A stretch of 64,000 nucleotides of DNA, taken from assembly GCA_965153355.1 (NCBI GenBank), contig OZ231126.1, positions 14,756,001-14,820,000 on the forward strand, read 5' to 3'. The notes below the pieces were generated by a model. It saw nothing but the letters and a program-made list of their open reading frames with translations, searched no databases and was not told the DNA's origin. Each line of letters opens with the position of its first letter. Within the stretch, counting starts at the first letter, position 1. This stretch comes from Flaccisagitta enflata. Taxonomy: Eukaryota. Of the stretch, positions 57,280 to 64,000 are shown in pieces. Both the position numbers and the translations under genes were made by a program.

Positions 57280-58634
57280 GTGACTTACTATGCTGATGTA
57301 AAACAAATTGTATATCTCTGCTCATCGCATTCATTAAAATGGTTCCTACGTCAGACTCAAAGCCAGTCACAGACTGGGGTATCTGCTAGGACACCAAAAA
57401 CATATCCAATATTTCAACTGTAAGATGACAAAAAATGAATTTGAATTATGATACTCTTCCCCTTTATTTTTCTGTCATTTTTTACTAAAAATGAGTTAGG
57501 TAGACAGTTTTTTTCGTAGGCCTATCTTTACTCAAACATTAAGCATTTTTTCTTTTTTCATTGTATTAAGGTTTAGTTGAAGGACCTTTCCTCCGATTTT
57601 CAAAGATTTTTTCCATTTCAATCATGAGAAATACTTATTTTCCTGGAGCGTTACAATTCAAAGGTGCTCCTTGTTGTAGCTGTCACACTTGTGTCACACT
57701 ATGATTCATACTATGCCACGGCATAGTAACATAAGTGACGAAAAATTCATCTACATAATGGGAAAGAAAATCAAATTCTGTACTTGCAGCTAAAATTTCA
57801 ACTCTTAACTCCAAACTGTTTGGTCACAGTGAAATTCCAAAGATGATCACTACAAAAATAAGAATTGAATTGTAATGCTCGCCGACCAAGCTTTGTAGTT
57901 AATTCTTTGTTTCCACACAGCGCTTCCCACACATATGTGCGATGCTTTTAAGTTTTATTTTGATAAAATTTCTCAAAATTCAAATTTGCATATCTCAGGA
58001 ACTATCTGAGTAAGCCCTATGAAATTTTGCCTGGTTGGTATCTAGATCAAGAGACTCCTTTGCCTAAATTCTGATGCGACCTAGAGAATGTTGAGCAGTC
58101 CAACCAGACCAACCAGCCTACCAGATAAAAAAATGAAAAAAAGGCATAACTTCTAAAATAGTTGACCGATCTGGTTGAAATTTTGCATGGAGCTTCCTTT
58201 AAAGATTCCTTGTCATTGGCATAAAAAAAAGCATGGGAAAAATTTTTTTCTTCCAACAGCCCACCCAGCCAGAAATAGTGCTTATAGAGATTTTCTTAAA
58301 AAACTAAAAAAATTCAAAAAAATTTCAGAAACATGATCACACATGTTTGCTTGAACGTTATCAATAAGAATTTCACTGTCAGATTGATTTCATAATTGTA
58401 TTTAGCTAAATTTTCTAGTAATAAAATTGCCAACAATATCTATTTAAGCCTAATTTGCATGGAAAATGAGTTTACTTAAGAAAATCTAAGTATGGATTTA
58501 TATGTAAGAATAGGTGAGCTACATGATGACATATGGTTTTGTTCAATTTTCAAACATGTAAAATTGACAAATTTCATCCCGTCCACGGTCGGCTTAGCGT
58601 GACACCAGTCTAATGAATTTGGATCTCTGGGTGT

Positions 58635-59647
<1,013 letters not shown>

Positions 59648-61003
59648 CTCTGCCTCATTTCTTCATCTCATTCTAGCTACCTGTCAAGGACAGGCATTTT
59701 TTCCTTTATTCTTCTCCTTTTCGCTCTTGATCTATCTTTCTTTCTCTTGCATTCCCTTCTTTCTTTCTTTAATGCTGTTCATCCTATTCAGGGAGTTGAA
59801 TCGTGACTCGGCATATTAACGAGAGTCACGCGGAAAAGCACATGTTCAAAAATTAGGCGAAAAAAAAAAGCTTACTTCCAGTTTGGCCAAGTGTGATAAA
59901 AATACATTTGATGGGATGCGAAAGTCACAGAGTGAGATTCGGACGCGCAAGCAATGCCCTAGATCCCACCACCCCCAAAAATTAATGTCAATGTTTGTAT
60001 ATTGGCAATAAGGCAGCTTCACTGTAAGGCATGATATTGCCCAGTCCTTAAGACATGCGGCTCAAGTTTGTTCTTTATCAGCATAAGTGGCCAAATTTGG
60101 AAACGAGATACGAGTTTAATTCTTCATTAGTGTTTACTTGATTCAAAATCCGACAAACGAAGTACATGTGCATTCAATGAAATATCTAAGACAAATACGA
60201 TTCTCCTTGGACCATTCATGCTTAAGTAAATCAATCGTGCTGCAACCAAATTGGAAAACTGGAAATTTAGAAATTTAGAAATTAACATTCAACATTGACT
60301 TCGGAAATCAGCGTAATCTATAGAGAAAAAAAAACAGGGATGTCCCCCCTTTGGCTGGTTGTTATTGTAAGTAATTAAAACTCAAAACTTCATTCTAAAA
60401 CAATCAAATGAAAACAAGGCCGGATACACGGCTAACCATGTCGCTCACGGGTGGACAGGGGCAGTGGGCAGGGGCAGTGATGAGAAAGTCCAAACATTTA
60501 GGCAGGTGCAGTGATGCAAAAACCGTCCATAGCAGCAAAAATAATGTTACCGTCGGATCGCCCATAGCAGCCCATAGCAGCCCATAGCAACCCATAGCAA
60601 CCCATAGCAGCCCATAGCGGCAAAAATTATATTACCGTCAGACCGACAAACCAAGCGACCGAACGATGGAGTCGTTTAGCACGTGACTAAAAAACTCTGC
60701 TCTAACTAAAACATGAAATAGCTAGCTGGACACATCCTCACTCTTGCCACTTTGCTACGGAAGCCACTGAGTAGGGCACTGGATGAGTCTGTTGGTCTGT
60801 CAGCCTACTTTTCCTTTCTTTTTCCATGTTTTTAGTCGCGGACACGCGACTCTACATCTTGGTCCGTCGGTCGGTACGTAACAAATATTTTTGAATTAAG
60901 AGCGGTTTTTTTCATCGCGGCCCCTGCCCAACCGTCCGCGACTGTCCTGCCGTGTATCCGGCCTTGTTTATAATTAAAATCAGAAATTTGCTTACATTCG
61001 ATG

Positions 61004-61868
61004 AACAAGGCCAACAGATGTCCAATAGATGCGTCCTCTTTGGATGTAAGATATTATCATACAATTTATAAGGATACTATAAAGATATTAGGATGTTATG
61101 ATATGAAAATATAAAGATATAAAGAGAAAAATATAAACCGATTCCTCCCTCCCCCCAAAGCCTCCCCCCACGCCTCCCCCACCCACGCCTCCCCCCACAC
61201 CTCCCCCTCCCCACGACGCCTCCCCCTCCCCCACACGCCTCCCCACCCCTCCCCCCCACGCCTCCCCACCCCTCCCCCGTCTCATCCTCACAAAGAGACA
61301 TGAAGGGACTTAGAGAGACATGGAGAGATATGGAGAGACATGAGCAGATATGAGGAGACATAAGGAAACATGGGGAGACAAAAGAGACATAAAGAGACAT
61401 GAAGAGACAAAAGAGACATAAGAGACCTAAGACATAAAAGAGATATAAGAGACCTAAGAGATATAAGAGACATAAGAGATTTATGAGACATAAGAGACAT
61501 ATAGGAGACATAGGAGCCATAAGAGACATAAAGGAGACATATTGGAGACAATAGACAAAAGAGACAAAAGAGAGAAAGAGACATAAGATACCTAAGATAC
61601 CTAAGATAGCTAAGATACATAAGAGAAATAGGAGATATAAGAGATTAGAGATATGAGAGACATATAGGAGACATAAGATACATATAGGAGACTAAAGAGA
61701 CAAAAGAGACAAAAGAGACAAAAGAGATGAAAGAGACATGAGAGATATAAGAGACATGAAGAGACATGAAGAAAGAAAACTACAAGTGTTCAGTTTGAAG
61801 AGTTCTTGTGTTAGTGTGGTAACGGACGGACACACCCTCTTATAGAGATGCGAGGACGCATCTAAAAA
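61004..61868. mobile_element. HINE-like family C element expanded by internal C-rich and AAGAGACAT-type arrays
   Basis: Ends AACAAGGCCAAC...GATGCGTCCTCT and CCTCTTATAGAGATGCGAGGACGCATCTAAAAA enclose CCCCACGCCTCCC repeats (61145-61278) and ~9-bp AAGAGACAT repeats (61292-61770). Confidence 0.7.
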
Positions 61869-62409
61869 TAGAAGTTCTCTGCAGGTTTCATATTGTAGTG
61901 GCTTTTGGCTGGTAATTAACTATGTACGTGGGTTTATATTCATTTTCATTTACAAGATTACGTAAAGGGCGTTAGTGTCGAGCTTTTGTCATGTTCATAT
62001 AACTCGACGCCTCACCATGAACAAATCAAGGCCAACACCTCACAGTCGCGCGCGGTTGTTAAGACCACAGGACCAAAAGACCAAAAGACTAAAAGACTTA
62101 AAGACAAAAAGACCAAAAGAATAAAAGACTAAATGTAAATTGTCTTGAAATAACTTGAAATAACTTAAAATAACTTAAAATGACTTAAAATGACTTAAAA
62201 TAACATAGAACAGTGAAAAAAAGCTAACAAAGGCTAAGCATGACAGACCGACCGACCGACCGACGGACAGAGCGGGTCATAGAGTCGCGTGCACGCGACT
62301 AGAAATCTGTGTAATTCTCTAATTCTAGTAATTTCAGAATATCTTTTATGTTTTTCTAACTTAAAAAAAAAAAAAACTAATCCTTTTCAAACATGAAAAG
62401 TCGATTTAA

Positions 62410-62527
<118 letters not shown>

Positions 62528-62528
62528 C

Positions 62529-62625
<97 letters not shown>

Positions 62626-62964
62626 CTTTTGATCCAGATGTTGATTCAAAAGATATATTCTTTTTCTTATGGGTACTTTCTTTGTCCTTTCTTCCTGATG
62701 TTTTTATTTTGTTCTTTATCTCTTCCTCTATTTTAACGTTTTTAGTCTGGACCACGCAGCTCTACACCTGCGTGGCCGGTCGGTCAGTGAGTCGTCGGTA
62801 GGTCCGTCATTTTTGAATTCCGAGCGGTTTTCGCATTTTGCTCTCTTAATAAATGTGCGACTGGATTGCCGTGTATCCGGGCTTGTTTTTCGCGTTTATC
62901 GAAATTCGACATCAGGTCTGCCGGGACAGTCGTGACTACATGTTTCGTTTCATATTTTTATTAT

Positions 62965-63020
<56 letters not shown>

Positions 63021-63361
63021 TCAAGCACACTAAAAGCACAGAAACAGACTTAGGAACGACATCGAATAACAAAGAAAAGGACAGACAAACATAAGAAATA
63101 TTGAGAAAAAAACAAACAAACAATAGGAACTGTAGGATTCAAACAATTTGACTTGTGTTGATATCAGTGCTACCGATAAGATACCTGAAGAAGAATGAAT
63201 GTCTAGCACCATTGGAAACAATACGATTCTACTTAAGTACGAAATCGTCATCCCACTTTTTTCCCCCATTTTTATTCTTCTTCCCGTTATTTCTTGAACG
63301 ATTTTTATTTTCTATTTTCTCCTTTTATGCATTAACCTTGAGAAATCTCTTACATCGAGTG

Positions 63362-63475
63362 ATGGCAGAGAATTTGAACGCCAGCGAGAATAAAGTGGGA
63401 TTTGATCCCAGCCAAATGTTTCTCGAGGAAATCCAACAAGAAGATCAGCTCAGAAGATTGGAAGCCGCCAAAAAA
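63362..63475 (+). CDS. Possible first coding exon of a gene continuing beyond the window
   Basis: ATG in GTGATGG context, protein-like MAENLNASENKVGFDPSQMFLEEIQQEDQLRRLEAAKK, then a possible donor GTACGA. No family recognised. Confidence 0.3.
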
Positions 63476-64000
63476 GTACGAACTCGTACTGACTACAAGC
63501 AACTCAATAAGGCTCTGGAATTTTTTATCCTTCGGTCCGTCTGTGCGTCCATCCACCTCTCCGTCTGTCAGTAAGTCGGTCTGTCAAAGTAAACCCTTTC
63601 GACACATTGGCGCATTGGCGCATTAAACATGCATCACATTTACAGCAAAGTTGGTAAAAGTCATATCCTCTCGTCAAAAACATGCGTTTTAGTGTGATTT
63701 TCTTACTTCTCGGTCGTGACGGCGCAGACGAAATATGAACGCACCGTTACTGTCGTCCATTGCATGACAAGGAAAATATCTTCCTTTTTTGTGTTTACTT
63801 TGGAAAATCATTGGACGATTAGATTCTTTTCCATTCATTCGGTAGATTCTCCCACTGGCACAGATCCGATTGTCATCTTAGGTCGTGATTTTGATAGGAA
63901 TCTGTAGAGTCTAAGACATTTTCGACCACAAATTTTGCCGTTAGTCGCGGCCACTTAATCAGTCAGTATGTCACTCAGTCGTTCAGTATAAATGTGGATC

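Larger units (their letters stand above)
55516..57410 (+). mobile_element. Tandem array (about 6.3 x 299 bp) of a Pol III-promoter plus twister-ribozyme-like unit; candidate retrozyme-like element
   Basis: Unit heads GTCAGCCTTC at 55644, 55941, 56240, 56539, 56838 and 57137; near-identical copies; CAATATTT at 55510-55517 and 57407-57414 overlapping the array ends. Confidence 0.85.

Noticed and set aside
55659-57370. Repeated 72-aa ORFs (MTGFESDVG...) on the - strand
   Set aside because: GTG starts, antisense to the structured RNA features, no recognisable domain; by-products of the repeat.

Overview
Repeat-rich, AT-rich eukaryotic DNA, probably an invertebrate animal; the species cannot be identified from the sequence. 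I assembled these spliced genes by hand from GT-AG junctions: a 3-exon class A-like GPCR (- strand) whose 5-kb second intron holds a complete 4-exon proline-rich CD225/dispanin gene on the + strand; a 3-exon NAT8/Camello-like GNAT acetyltransferase head-to-head with that GPCR; a polyQ/hexapeptide-repeat/LRR gene with duplicated 135-nt exons; and a divergent 7TM receptor ORF. Mobile DNA comprises a degraded G-rich CR1/L2-group LINE (SGNH-like ORF1, APE-RT ORF2), a 5'-truncated LINE with an array of covarying hairpins in its 3' UTR, a 2.7-kb foldback element, hAT/Tc1/Harbinger-type MITEs, many Helentron-associated (HINE/DINE-like) elements, and mini- and microsatellites. The top finding is at 55.5-57.4 kb: about 6.3 tandem copies of a highly self-complementary ~299-bp unit. 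Each copy combines tRNA-type Pol III A/B boxes with a circularly permuted (P5-type) twister-ribozyme-like motif, and the array is bounded by a possible 8-bp target-site duplication. This is a candidate twister-based retrozyme-like circular-RNA retroelement. All calls come from manual reading; no searches or folding programs were run.
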